A DNA stretch of 64,000 nt, taken from the NCBI GenBank assembly GCA_964035545.1, contig OZ037771.1, positions 6,481,190 to 6,545,189 on the forward strand, in the 5' to 3' direction. The DNA is from Bugula neritina. Taxonomy: Eukaryota > Animalia > Bryozoa. Every line of letters starts with the position of its first letter. Positions within the stretch are counted from its first letter, which is position 1. Position numbers and translations under genes: made by a program. The notes below the pieces were generated by a model. That model did no database searches and was not told the DNA's origin. It was given only the letters and a program-made list of their open reading frames with translations. Of the stretch, positions 23,162-37,500 are shown piece after piece.

Positions 23162-26100
23162 ATGTGGTGTCTTACGCTGGTGCTGAGTGCATGTAAGTTT
23201 ACGTATTTAGTACAAGTAGAGTTAGTACTGTCAGGTGACATTGAAACTCTTGAGGAACAGCCGCGCCTTTGTGTGTTACAAGTTAATCTCTATAGTCTTA
23301 AAAATGGCCTTAGAATAATATTTTGTTGTTAATTTATTTGTGATTAAAATTTAGTATAAACTCTTTATTTAACCCTTTCATTTTTACATCCAAAAAGACA
23401 TCTAAAAAGCTCAAAAATGACCCCAGCTGCTGAATTTTCTTACTGAGTTAAACTTAGCAATTCGACTAAGATTTTTAAAAGAGGCAAAATTGCTTTGCAT
23501 ACAATAGAAGTTTCCAAGTCTTACAGATATTTGATTTATTTGATGCAAATTCTAGCTTCTCACCATGAAAGCAATATTATAGATGGGTGTTGATTTATAT
23601 GTCACTTAATATATGCTTCTGCTACAATGCATGTAATTTGTGCTAAGTATTCTATGTAGAGTGAATGTGTTATATTCTATGTAGAGTGAATGTGTTATAT
23701 TCTATGTATTCTATGTATAGTAAATGTGTTATATTCTAAGTATTCTATGTAGAGTGAGTGTGTTATATTCTAAGTATTCTATGTAGAGTAATTGTGTTAT
23801 ATTCTATGTAGAGTGAATGTGTTATATTCTATGTATTCTATGTAGAGTGAATGTGTTATATTCTATGTATTCTATGTATAGTAAATGTGTTATATTCTAA
23901 GTATTCTATGTAGAGTGAGTGTGTTATATTCTAAGTATTCTATGTAGAGTAATTGTGTTATATTCTATGTAGAGTGAATGTGTTATATTCTATGTATTCT
24001 ATGTAGAGTAAATGTGATATATTCTAAGTCTTCTATGTAGAGTGAATGTGATATATTCTAAGTATTCTATGTAGAGTAATTGTGTTATATTCTAAGTATT
24101 CTATGTAGAGTGAGTGTGTTATATTCTAAGTATTCTATGTAGTATAGTAAATGTGTTATATTCTATGTATTCTATGTAGAGTGAGTGTGTTATATTCTAA
24201 GTATTCTATGTAGTATAGTAAATGTGTTATATTCTATGTATTCTATGTAGAGTGAATGTGTTGTATTCTAAGTATTCTATGTAGAGTGAACGTGATATAT
24301 TCTAAGTATTCTATGTAGAGTAATTGTGTTATATTCTAAGTATTCTATGTAGAATGAACGTGTTTTATTAGATATGATCAGCAATGCTGAGTTCTACACG
24401 GTAGACATCTTGGTGTTCGACAAAGACGCAAATAACAAGATAATGTCATACGAGAACGGAGATCATGTCTATGATGCCTTCCAAGACGATAATTTAACAG
24501 CTCTTTTCAGCTTTCAAAAAGAAGAGGTAAACAAAGTATTACATCGCAAGTATTTGTAGAGTACCTTTGAGCACCTTGTATGTACAGTTAGGCCATGCAT
24601 CTACCAGTGCATCATTCAAGAGCTTCAGGTTTATTCGTTTTATTACCCCCATTATAGAAAGGCAATTATAGATATTCTTCACTTTTCACCATTATTGTCT
24701 ATATTTTAAATATTGCATTATTTTATATATTATATCATAGCGTATATTATAATAATTATGGTGTAGTATTATAGTGATGTTATGTTGTATTTACAATGTA
24801 AAAGACATATACTAGTTAGCTTTGCCAATCATAAGTGTTCTAATGAAACCAAACATACCGGGCTCCAGAAAAAATTCAAAAGTTGTTTTATTTTGTGACT
24901 TTTTATATATTTTAGGTACAAAAGTGTTAAGTAATCTTGTTGATTTACGCTGTATAAGCAAACAGCTAGTTTAAATTTATATATAATTGAACTTCTCCTG
25001 GCAACTTAGACAATAATATCTTGGAAAGCATTGATAAAAGTTCTGTTTCTCCAGAGTGATTTCCATCTCATGTACCAGCCATTACTGTTTGATGAGAATC
25101 ACATATTCATAAAGTCCGGCCCATATTGTGACAGTACGGAGACGTCTTGCAACGTCACACACAACTTTATAGCTGAGGAAAATGTCACTTCATTATACCA
25201 AGCCAAAATGATCAACCGTGCCGGGTTCACGCTCAAAACTGTAGACTTGTTAGTGGAAGTTCAAAGTGGTGAGTGTAGCAGCTGTTTAGATATTTTCTAG
25301 AATAAACAAACTTTTTAACAAAGGTGTTCTCACTCAAGAATAGATTTTTTTGCGCAGCAAATGATTATACTTTGTTTTATCACTCAGGTTTATAGTCACC
25401 ATCCCTGTGAGAAAACCCCTGGTAGAAGGTTTTTTTAAATCAGGCTAAGGACTTATGAAGATGGGACACAGGAGCAATTGTGACTGAATGCTCTTTCTAA
25501 TATTACCAATGGTCTTTCTAGGGGTTCAAACCCATGACTTCGTGTTTACCAAGCAAACGCCTTAACCCCTAGACCACAGCTGCTCTCTATGCTTTGCTTT
25601 ATGTTATTGTCCTATTGTCTCTTCATGTTAGAGATATTTTCTAAAAAGATGCTGAAATTAACAAGAGTGCCCACAAATGTTATAACAATCAACATTGCAA
25701 CCATCTCAGCTTGCTGGTTATTATTAATTGGTGTATAAACTATTTATAACTATTCATTTTTAGACTTGGAACCATTGCAATGGGACTACTTTTCCTATAA
25801 CTACTCAGTTACGAATAACACCATAAGTGTCATGGTTGAGGCCACAGGCTATCCAAGACCCACACTCTATCAGCTACTGAACTCATCTGGCCAAGTTCTG
25901 CACTCCACCCGCACCCTCACTGCTGGTCTGTAAATGAAACAGTCTGATCTTTTTCAGTATTAAAATAACTCTAGTCTTAAAACTGAGATCTATAAATGCA
26001 TCATAGAAATGTGTAAAAGTTTATATATATATATATAAATGAGAATGTTTTGGTAATAAAAATCTGAAACTTGGATAGTATTGGAAATTGGTAATTTTGC

Positions 26101-27279
26101 GTAAGGTAAATAAATTACAGTAATATAATGCATGATAATACTTGAAATTTCGAAACTTAAAAAACTATAAGCAGTCAATTTTTCAATTTTAGCTTCTTTT
26201 GAAGTAGCCCTTAAAAGCCCAACAGATCTTTCACTCTTGGTCTACAATAGACTGGAGGAGTTTATTAGAAAACAAATCACAATACTAGAAACTAGCAGCG
26301 CTGTCAGCATATCATCGGCATCAGGTTTACCCACCAATATGTCAACATCTGAAACTAGTGAGAGAGCCTCTCTTACCTCTGTGACATCACACTCTCCTGC
26401 AATACGTAAGTAAAGACGGTTGAACAGACAGTTTCACACTTTTGAAAAAGTTGCTATGCTTCAAGTTATTACGGAGCTGAACTCGGCTAATCAGGTTGTA
26501 CAGCTACGATTCCATTTCAACTATTTTTAGGATTACCTTACATTGAGGCAAATTTAGTGACTTTTTAAGGCCATTAGTAAAGCTTATGTTGTTCAACATG
26601 ACTACATTTCTACATGTATTTTACTGTGGAGAAATAGAAAAGATTGTTTTAACTAGCACAAGAAGTTTTTAATTTCAACCCATATGCCTCAAACCAAATG
26701 GAATAAAAATTAAAAAACTTATGCTATAGAGATTTCACCATCGCTGCACTTGAATGTTCTACTTGCAGTGCAACCTCATCACACAATTCTCTCTTATAGA
26801 AAAGATTTCTTCTTTATAACTTGTATTGTATAAGATTTTTTTAATTTCAAAGTTGTTTTCAAGTACATGTAATGTAATGAAAGGTATTGTTAAACATTTG
26901 TGTTTTGTCACATTTGCTAGAAACAGTTTGCATGAGCAAAATTAGAAAAATATTTTCTATTAAAAGTATTGCACATGATGCCATCAGTGTGGTTGCAGAT
27001 GCAATAGCCCTTGAATATACTACTTTATATATTTGAGCTGCAATTCATTTACTGATTTCCTGGCTGATAATAAAACCTGTGTGAAGTATTATAGACTAAT
27101 AAATTAATTATTGTAACTTTTTAGCTGACTGGGTTATCCCTACCACAGTGTCTGTTGGGTCAGCAATAGTCCTGATAGTAGCCATCATTGGAATTATGTG
27201 GTTGATCAAATACAAGCATAAAACTGACAGAAACAGGCCTTATCCGCTGACGAATATCGACTCAGATGAATCTGTATGA
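23162..27279 (+). CDS. Paralog B: type-I membrane protein with Ser/Thr stalk and short tail. Exons 23162-23192, 24372-24526, 25055-25268, 25764-25925, 26193-26405, 27125-27279
   Basis: Signal peptide MWCLTLVLSAYMISNA; HVYDAFQDD, CDSTETSCNVTH, VEATGYPRP, LLVYNRL; TM WVIPTTVSVGSAIVLIVAIIGIMWLI; ends DSDESV*. Donor at 25926 (GTCTGT) is weak. Confidence 0.85.
23645..24360. repeat. Intronic minisatellite (TATTCTATGTAGAGTGAATGTGTTA-based unit)
   Basis: Tandem copies ending just before the acceptor at 24371. Confidence 0.92.
25383..25587 (-). repeat. tRNA-derived SINE, family 2
   Basis: Reverse-complement homology to 8732-8912. Confidence 0.7.
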
Positions 27280-28543
27280 CATCACGTCATCATTCAAGTT
27301 CAAGAAACTAACTGCTGCAAGATGTTTCCTATGATCAAAATTATTTTTCATTCAAATACTGTTATGAGAATTTTATAAATTGTCGGCATTGTTTAATTTT
27401 GCTCAATTGTGCAAACCTTTGCTAATAAATTAATTGCCATTTTCTACATTTTAGAATACATGGATTTTTGTGAGACATAAAAACATTTATATAAGTTACC
27501 TTTATGGTTAAAAATTAACTCTGAATATGTAAAGCAAAGTGAAAATATTTGGTGAGTTTATTTTTAAAGGTAGAAACATAAAATTTCCACCTGCTTATAA
27601 ATATATAAATGATATATAGAGCCTGTAAATAGCATATTATTTATTTATATTTTTATGATTATACTACCATGTAGATGCATGTGACCTACTTGTGTTTCTA
27701 AAGAAGTTCAAAATGTAACATTTATAATGTGTGAACTGATATTTGCATGCTGCCATTTTGACTATTAGATAGTTATAGTAGTAAATTATAAGAACACTTT
27801 TATTAATCCACAGCAACTTTTTTATTTTCTGATCACAAGTATTTTTGCCAGATATTCTGTTGAGATCATTTATGTTTTCTTTCAAATGTTTTCCTAATAA
27901 TAGTCTTTAAATAAAATATGACAGTCAAATAAATATCCATATTCAAGTTAATTGATAAAGTTAAAAACTTGGTACGCTATATCCCTCCCTATTGTTGGTT
28001 CTCATTTATTATTTAATCTACGGAAATTAACTGCAATGCAATAAAACGAAAATCATCATGTTTAATCATGTTTAGTCATATTGCCAGCTATATTAGTTGC
28101 CTAATTTTACCTCAAGGCAACTGGTGTCTGATGTACGCCAATAACAATATAATTATTAAAGCTTTTATTGGCTCATAAAGTACACATCAATATCGAAAAA
28201 GTATTATTGAGATTGGCTTGCCTTAACCTTACTGTGTAGCTATTGTCTCCCGGTTGTCAACAGACAAGATGCTTTACACTATTGTAAAAAAAGGAAATGA
28301 GAAGTGGCAGTAGAAAAGTTGTGCTGAACACTTAATGCTTTGTCAAAAATAAAACACGATCTGCTTAAACCACAGTTTTACAACCTTTTTTGTTTAGCGG
28401 CCATTGAGCTAGATTAGTGTGTAAATAAAAAGTTTAAACCAATCAATAGTCCAACTATGAAAGAAGGGATGCACTGAACGAAGGGGTGGCTGGTGTTATA
28501 CTACTGCATGGCACTATAGACTAGCATGAAACTAGCGTAGAGT

Positions 28544-31500
28544 ATGAGAATATGTCAAGGGGTGGTACTCTGCTGGTGTAAGTACTGGAAATGTTTTATA
28601 CACAAACTATTTATATGACTGTAAATTATTACTCTAAGATTTCCAGTGAAGAATTGCATATAAAGTTATATTCAATGTTGTTAGGCTTAATCATTAGCAA
28701 GTTTCAACTCCTTTATGGTTTTGTGTTGAGATATGCACATCTGCTGTACTATAAATTTCTAACTTCTATTATAGACTACGTAGCTTATACGTAGTGTGCT
28801 TTTTAAAAAGAACCTTGCTAGTTAGTATGAGTTCATATGGCACATATAGTACTAGCAAGTTATGTGCAATTGAAACGTTCTATAAGCAGCGCCTAGTTGG
28901 GGGTGACTGACTGCAGTAATTTAAGATTCTTAAGTTTTGAGTTGGGGATGTAAGAACTTATATCTCCAGCCCCATATTCGAGAATCCCAAGCTATTGCAC
29001 TCAGTCACCCCCAACTCTGAGCTGCTTATAGAATGATTTTGTGCAATCAGTCGGCCCAATACTAGTAAGCAGTGGTCAAAATCTAGAGGAAATAGGATAT
29101 TATGTGGTGGGGGGAGGGTAATACATACCCCCTAACTTTGACCACTGCTAGTAGCCAAAGAAGACTGTACGTGCTGGTTTAAAGTTCCTATAGCACTTTC
29201 TTTTAATTAGAGTAATCTTTCCCTGGAGAATAATTGTCTCTCCTAAATAACCAGGTAAGTGGATGGCACAGTTTTCAGACCTAGAATGCTATAAGAAAGC
29301 TGGAATGTTGCACAGTTAAGCTAAGATGCATCAAAGTACTGGCAAGCATACCTTTCAAATGTCTAGACATACAATATTTTCAAACCTGCATAATAAGCTT
29401 CTGTAGTCATGGTTTGTCTTTTAGTAATTACATGTATTTTACCAACTATAATAACACATAAGCTATGACTTCAGCACCAAACTAGAGATATCTGTGCTTG
29501 GGGCAGCTTCCTATAGGCTCTTTAATGGTAAGCCTAAAACTTAAACCACCAAATAGAAATCTGGAGAAGTTGCAGGTAAAAAATAAACAAACAGTTGATG
29601 CTTATCAGAAGGTGGCAGTGGCTTGTGAGTTGGTCAAGCTAAATACGAATATGTAATATGCTATATGTAATGAGCTTGGCTGTGATTTGGGCAATAAATC
29701 CTCACTGCCGGCCTTTATTATATAATTATTCTAACATTACACTGATTGGCATCATTTGACACTGATAGACATCATTTGACACCATTTGACACTGATTGGC
29801 ATTGATACATATGTATAGATCAGGGGTGTCCAACCTTTTCAGACCGAGGGCCAGTCTGCAAGTTTTAGCTTGGGCCGAGGGCCACAAAATCTTTTCTGTT
29901 TTTAAAATCAATTTTCAAGATTCATTAAACATCTGCAAGCTATATGTATTATAATTATAAGCAATGGCTAGGCTTTGCATGTTTATTAAAATTATAATAT
30001 ATTTAAATAGATATATATTACTTACGTGTGTGTATGTGCATATATATGCATTTAATTAAAATAGGTAAACAAGAAACCTTTCATTTTTATTACTTAAATA
30101 ATCAATAATTATATATGCATTTATGTTTGTGCATAAAAAATTATACATATATACATACAAAGTATATATTCATGATTGCACATGCAAATTTAAACAAGAT
30201 GCGCCAGTGCTAAAAGTCTGTACTAATACCGGTATAGTTGTATTTTACAACCATCAGTGAGACAGTTGTGAGTACACAGTGAGTACTGTTTGCCTTGAAC
30301 AATTCTGTTAATATCTAGTTTCGTATCAGAACATGCAACCCTTAGTTGCTGGACTATGTGCTGATTAGTGAGTGAAGTGTAGTATCTATTTTGTGTATTT
30401 CATTTGACTGAAAATTGAAAGTTCAAACCTTCAAGCCGTCTCAGTGCAGTGCAGTCTCAGTGCAGTGCAGCGTCTAACAAGCAGTTAAAGGTTAAAGGTC
30501 AAGATGATTACAACTCCCAAATCATTTCAGTACATACTCGCACAAAATTCATTATAAAACAAAATTGTTTAGGCATCTAACCTTAAAACAGTATGTAAAT
30601 GAAAACGAACATATACGCAATAATACTTTAGTACTGCATAAGTGAAGTGTGTCGGGGATTCTTCAATTACTTATCTTTCACAATACAATCAATAAAAATG
30701 AGATCTTAGCTATACTTTCAAAAAAGTCTTGTCTCTATATGGCCAGTCCTGTTTAAATTACTTTAAAATATCTGTCTGCACAGGATAGCTAAGGGCAACT
30801 TTTTAGCTGCAACTGCCTTGCTGAGGTTTGCATTGTAACTGTGTAAAAATTCAGTACCAGTAAAAACAATCTCATTTGATTGTAGGCTACTAGAATTAAA
30901 ATAAAAAAACTATGTTGTGAATCTTATTTTTCCCAGTGCAACTTTTTTGGAATTTTTTCATTCTTTTGCAAAGTTATAGAAAAAAACTGCACATGTTTGG
31001 CTAACTTTGCCTCAAAAGTTGATTTTTTTTAGTACCAATAAAATATCTTAGCAGGAAAACATGATATCTGAATAAAAAAGCAATGACTTTTAGATTTAAT
31101 ATAAATTGTGGATTTTTACACTGGAAATGGTATATTTCTTTTTCACTAGTAAGCACTGTGCATAACTTCACACTTCAGTGAACGCGTAGAGATGAGCATA
31201 TTATAATGTTATAGGCGTCTACATTGCTATAAGTCACAGGCTTGCTAGCTAACAGACTATAATGACTAGCTTGCTGTTATTGGTTGTAGTTTGATCTCAG
31301 GCTAAACAATGACAAGTAGGCAACACGCATGCCACCCACAGAACAATATTGTAGAAGAACTTAAACTACATTTTAATAGAAATTCATAGTGGGATGCTCT
31401 CAACTATCCTATGTGCTGCTGTTTCAGGCTAGTTAGCAAATTTGATCAACAAAAATTTGTAACTGGCTATACCTTGGGGGGCCACACAAATATAGCTGGA

Positions 31501-34500
31501 GGGCCGGATCCGGCCCGCGGGCCGCCTGTTGGACAGCCCTGGTATAGATACTCTTGCAATTACATAACCTGACTAGCAGCTTAGTTCTGTCATATATTGG
31601 TTTACCATTATAAACTCATATTCTTATTAGTGGTGTGTCATTCATTCTTATGTAAACTGTAACCTATTATTACTACATGACCAGTTGTCATTGTATTTAC
31701 TCATCCCTGTTTAACTTGTTAGTCAGTTGCCTGCTAGTGCTCTATTAATATAGACATATGCTACACAAGCTACTTCAAATTCATATTGTCACAGCAAACA
31801 CAAAAAATAACAGACATCATTTGACACCGCTTGAAATTATCAAGATTATATTTGCTCTCTACAAATTTCAACTAGTTCACTAGCTCCAGCTATTATCAAG
31901 TGCCAGAGGGTTCTTAGTTAGCACTGACTGTGCTGCAAAAAGCTTTTCTTTAAAGGTTCTTCTTATAGCGAAGATAGCTATTCAAACTCACACTAATTTC
32001 ACTACATATATTATGTTATGTAACATATAATACATGATATGTAGTATAAAATAATATACAATATGTTATATTACATATTATGCAACATAATAATATGTAG
32101 TGTAGCATTATATGTAATATACTATACGACATATTATATTACAAATAGTACATAATATATTACGAAATGTATTACAATATGTAATAAAAGATATAATATG
32201 GCATTAGAATATCAATAACCAAAACAAATTAGATACAATATGAGTAAATATATAATAACGTTACATATAATGTTTTTAGAGCAAATGCATGAACCTGCAT
32301 CCATCTTACACTATTACATAATATTTTGAGAAACGTAGGTCAACTATTTGTTTGGTCTGATGAACCTGTCACCCGATGGCTCTAAACCTGTATTCATTTT
32401 AAAATTCCACAGGCTTGGTTGCTGTCACTGCAACACTTGCTGAGAAGTCTGCCTACATCAGAGCACTCAACGGAGAAGGAATGTACGAGGTATTGCTCCA
32501 GTATGGTGGAATATACACATATGATGCGCTTTACGACGAGTTGGTGTGCTTTCACTTCAGCCTACAACAGCCAACTGCAGTAAGTATATAAAATGTGTGA
32601 CACTTTATCTGTCTGTCTGCATGTCTGTTGTTCCTCCTGGGACATTAGGAGAGGGCATTGATAGAATACGGAAAGGGGTAATGGTAGAACAAGGAAAGGG
32701 GTAACGGTAGAATATTGTGAAGGAGGTATTTCTCATTGGTAGGTTACTGTAAAGAGGCATTATAGTAGGGTAATAGAAAGGGCATTGGTAGGCCACTGGA
32801 ATAAGATATTACAGGGAACATTTTTTACTTTTAATTGAAATGCAGCTGCATGTATATGGCTGAACAAATATACATTGCATATAATAGGTTATGAGGTAGT
32901 AGTACTAATTAATGTAACTGTATGCTCACAGTACTAATAAAAACTAAAATGCTATTAACATTTAAGTCAACACTATAAAACTGCATTGTGAGCACTACAA
33001 CTAACATACTGCAGTAGATACATTCATTTGAATTGGTAAATATACATTAGAAAGCTTGTAAAATGATTTAGTTTTTTTGTTTACATAATATACAGTTAAT
33101 AGTATTTGTTTCTACAATAGGTTATATATGAAATATAATCATCAAAAATCTAGATAGTTGTCACAAAACTGTTGGTAGCAGTGTGACGAGTTCGAAAAGT
33201 CTGGTAGTCAGAAGTGTATAGACAAGTAGCATACAGCTTGCTAATCCAGTTGTGAGTAAATAGAGTTGTGGATATATAAAGTAGACTTTATTTCTCTAGT
33301 AAGATATGCACAGATGAATTTGTAAAAATGAACTCCGAGAATGAACTGAACTGTAAACACAACTGCCTCAGTATTTATAGTAAACAAAAAGCTCTAGAAT
33401 ATTCTCAAGCATTCCAGTACAGAAGATTCTAGTAGAAAACATTCCCCACATGCCAATACTATTTATAGAAAAACAAAACAAAACATTGGAATTTCCATGG
33501 TTATTGCGCAACACCTTGTTTACATTGCTGGGCAGTAGTTAACATGACTAATGAAAACAATAACAATGAACAATGACCCATCTCTTTGATCAGTCTAGAA
33601 TATTTATGAACATTCGTGTATAATCATTAGGAAAAACCCGGTAAGTCTATAGGTATATGTCCACTCAGAATTTGTGACAACCCCCCATTCTAAGAGAAAT
33701 TATTTTGATAATTTCTCCTTACTACTTAAAATTCTGAGTCAATTCGGCTTAGATAATCGGCTCCAACATTGTCCTTTCCTTTGATTGACTCCACCTTGAT
33801 TCTGAAGTTCTGTAAATACATAGCCCATCTCATCACTCTGCTGTTCTCAAATTTGGCCTGATTGATGTACACCAGCGGTTGGTGATCAGTCTGCAGCACG
33901 AACTCCACACCATATAAATACTGTAGATATTTCTTGACCGCCCATACCACAGCTAAGCATTCCTTCTCTATGGCTGAGTAGTTTCTCTCTCGGTCTAGTA
34001 ATTTCCTACTTGCGTAACTCACAGGGAACAGCTTTCCATCCTGAGGCTGCATCAGCACTGCCCCTAACCCAACATCTGATGCATCCGTCCTTAGCACAAA
34101 CGGTTTGTGTACATCTGGCAATTTTAAAATTGGTGCACTTGTCAGCATTGTTTTTAAGGTGGTGTACGCCTTCTCTTGTGGTTCCTGCCATTTGACTTTC
34201 TTTGGTTCTCCCTTCTTTGTTAAATCTGTTAGTGGACTCGCTATAGTTGAATAATGAGGTATATATTCTCTGTAGTAACTAGTAAGTCCAATGAACGATC
34301 TCACTTGCGTCTTATTGGTTGGCCTTGGCGCAGCCCTAATTTTCTCAATGTTGTCATCCATTGGTTTGATTTCACCCCTGTAAAGTTTATGTCCGATGAA
34401 CTCCATGTTTGTTCCTCCTACTCTACATTTACTTGGTCTAACGGTAAGTCCAGCTGTGGCAAGTCGGCTGAAAACTTCTGTTAGCATTTTAACGTGTTCT

Positions 34501-37500
34501 TCCCAACTTTCCGTGTGCACTAGAATGTCATCAATGTAGTTGTCCACTCCTTTCAGATTTACAAAAAGTTTTCTCAACCCTCTCACCAGTGTCGCTCCAG
34601 AGTTAACCATCCCAAATGGCATCTTGATGAATTCATAATGTCCATCGGGTGTCACAAATGCAGTTTTAGGAATATCTTCTTTCTTCACTGGTATTTGCCA
34701 GTATCCCTTGGATAAATCAAGTTTGGTAAAGTATTTATCTTTACTGAGCTTTCTGAAAACGTCATCTGTTTTCACCATTGGTTCAGGATCGAATACTGAG
34801 ACTCGGTTTAGTTTGCGATAGTCTATACAAATCCTGTTGCTTCCATCCGGCTTCTTTACTATCACCGTTGGTGAGGCGTAGGGAGAGGTAGATGGCCGAA
34901 TAACACCCATCTTCAACATGTCCTCGATGTCCGCCTTGAGAGTTTCTCTTACCCTGTAGGGCAATCCATATGGTTTGGATTTCACTGGCTCATCAGTCGT
35001 GAGCTCGATAGAATGTTCTATTCCCGTTGCATTTCCTGGCAAGTCACTGAAGATACCTTCAAACTTTCTCAGTAACTCCTCCAACTGTCTTCTTTGCTGA
35101 TTCTCCAGCTCTTCACCCAGAATGACATCTTTGCTTGTTTCTGTCTGCTGTTTCTTACTGTACAGGTCCAACAAATCATCTTGGCCTTCTTCTCTTTCCT
35201 CATCATGATCAATAATTCCAGTACCAGCAGCATCTAAAGTCATCACAGCTCCAACAGTCATAGGGTCGGTAGGCGTCTCCCGCTCAAAATATTTCTTCAG
35301 CATGTTGGCATGGTATGTTCTCCTCTTGTCTCTAATGTTGATAATGTAGTCATTCAGTCTGACTTTCTCCTCAATATTGAATGGTCCTTGCCAATGCATC
35401 AGCAATTTATTTCCATCCGTAGGTAGAAGAATGAGCACTTTGTCACCAGATTTGAAGTCTCTCTGCTTAGCTTTCTTGTCAAAATAGTGTTTGTATCTTT
35501 TTTGACTGTCTTTTAGCGAAGCTAGTGCCATTTCCATCATGTCATCTAAACGCTCTCTCAATTCAAAAACATGTTGATAGCAGGTCTTGACTTCATCGGC
35601 AGTGTCTTCTTTTGTCCAAAGTTGTCGCAGGATGTACATTGGTCCACGCACAGTTCTTCCATAGAGTAACTCGAATGGGGCGAAGCCTGTTGATTCCTGT
35701 GGGACTTCTCTATATGCAAATAGAGCCGCATTGATAAACCGATGCCACTGTCTTGGCTCTTTAGCACACAACTTTTTTAACATACTCTTGAGGGTTCCGT
35801 TGAACTTTTCCACAAGTCTATTGGCCATTGCATGGTATGGTGAGGTAGGAAGTTGCCGCATGTCAAGTAATCTGGTAAACTCTTTCATGTAGTCTGAGAT
35901 GAATTGAGTTCCTTGATCGCTTATCACCTCCTCTGGTATCCCAACACGACTGTATATGTCAAGCAGCGCTTCAGCTACAGTAGCTGAGTCAATGTTCTTC
36001 AATGGTGTAGCTTCAGGATATCTTGTAGCATAGTCAACTAAAGTTAGGATGTAGCGGTGTCCTTTCTCACTTGGAGGGTTAATTGGTCCGACTAGGTCTA
36101 TTGCACATCTCTTGAATGGGGTGTCAATTAGTGGAGTTTCCTGTACTGGAACTTTCATGACTGAGCCTTTTTTCACCGTCTTCTGGCAAATGTCACATGA
36201 TTGACAGAAACGTACGACATCTCCGTTTAGTCCTGGCCAGAAGAAGTTGAAAAGCACTCTATCAGTGGTTTTCTTTACTCCTAGGTGTCCGCTCATTATG
36301 CAGTCATGAGCTTTCTGTAGAACTTCCTTCCTCAGTGAACTGGGTACCATGAGTTGTTTAACAGGTTTTACACTGACAGACTTCGAGTCGGTGTACTCAC
36401 GGTACAGAATCTTATTCCTCACCACAAACCTAGTGGTGCATCCCTTTTTCTCCTTCACTTCTTTTGCATCGAAGAAACGCTCCAATGTGGGGTCATCCCT
36501 CTGCAGTCTGGCTACTTCATCTTTCCCTATACTTAATGGGTTAGCATTTGAATCAATCATCAGTGGTTTGTCTCCTGACTTCTCCTTGACAGCTTGAGCT
36601 CTTGTGGTTACGGCGCAGTCCTTCCAGTTTTCCAGCGGCTGGTCAGCTGATCTCGCTCCGTCCACATTCCCAATAAGCAGGTCACAAATCGTCTTGTCCA
36701 TTACTGCAGCTTTGACGACACCATTGTAAAATGGTGAGCGTACTGAGATAAGTGCCCACTGAGCATCCCTAACACTTGCATCAGCCATCTTCAAATAAAC
36801 TGATTCTCCAGTTAAATGTTGAGGTTGCACGTACTTTGCATTGACTACAATGCAACCACAGCCGGTGTCGCGCATTACAGTAGCTCGTTGGCCATTAACT
36901 TCCGCATCAAATATCGCTGTGCCCCCATCTTTGAATTTAGGTCCATTCTTGCAGACAGCAGCGTTGACAAACTTTTTACCATTAACTGTGATTTCCATAG
37001 GTTCTTCCACTTCAGATGAGATTCCTGGATCTTTGACCACAGTCTTATTCTGAGTAGTCGCTATTGCAGCAGCAGCATGCACTGACCTTCCACCATACTT
37101 TCTGCAGTCAGAAGTATTGTGATTGTTCATCTTGCAATGTGAACAGTACTTCTTCCCTCGCCGTGGGCAGTTGCGAGCCATGTGTGACTTATCTTTGCAG
37201 ATGAAGCATGCACCATCGCTTTTACTTCCTTGTTCAGCATTCATGCTACTGGCAGGTGTGTTTTCCATCCTTTTTGTATTAGTTTTCTTTGTCTTTGCTA
37301 GTTTCCTTCCACGAGCGTGCAAGAACAGTGACGCTGCATCACACATATCCTCACTGCTGTTGTAGGAACTTTGCTTTAAATGCACAGCTAGGTCGTCTGG
37401 GCATGATGATATAAATTGTTCAGTTGCCACTAGTTTGGCTATGTCCATGCCCCCTGAAAGTTCTACCCACTTGTGCACATAAGTTTCTATCCTAGTGAAT

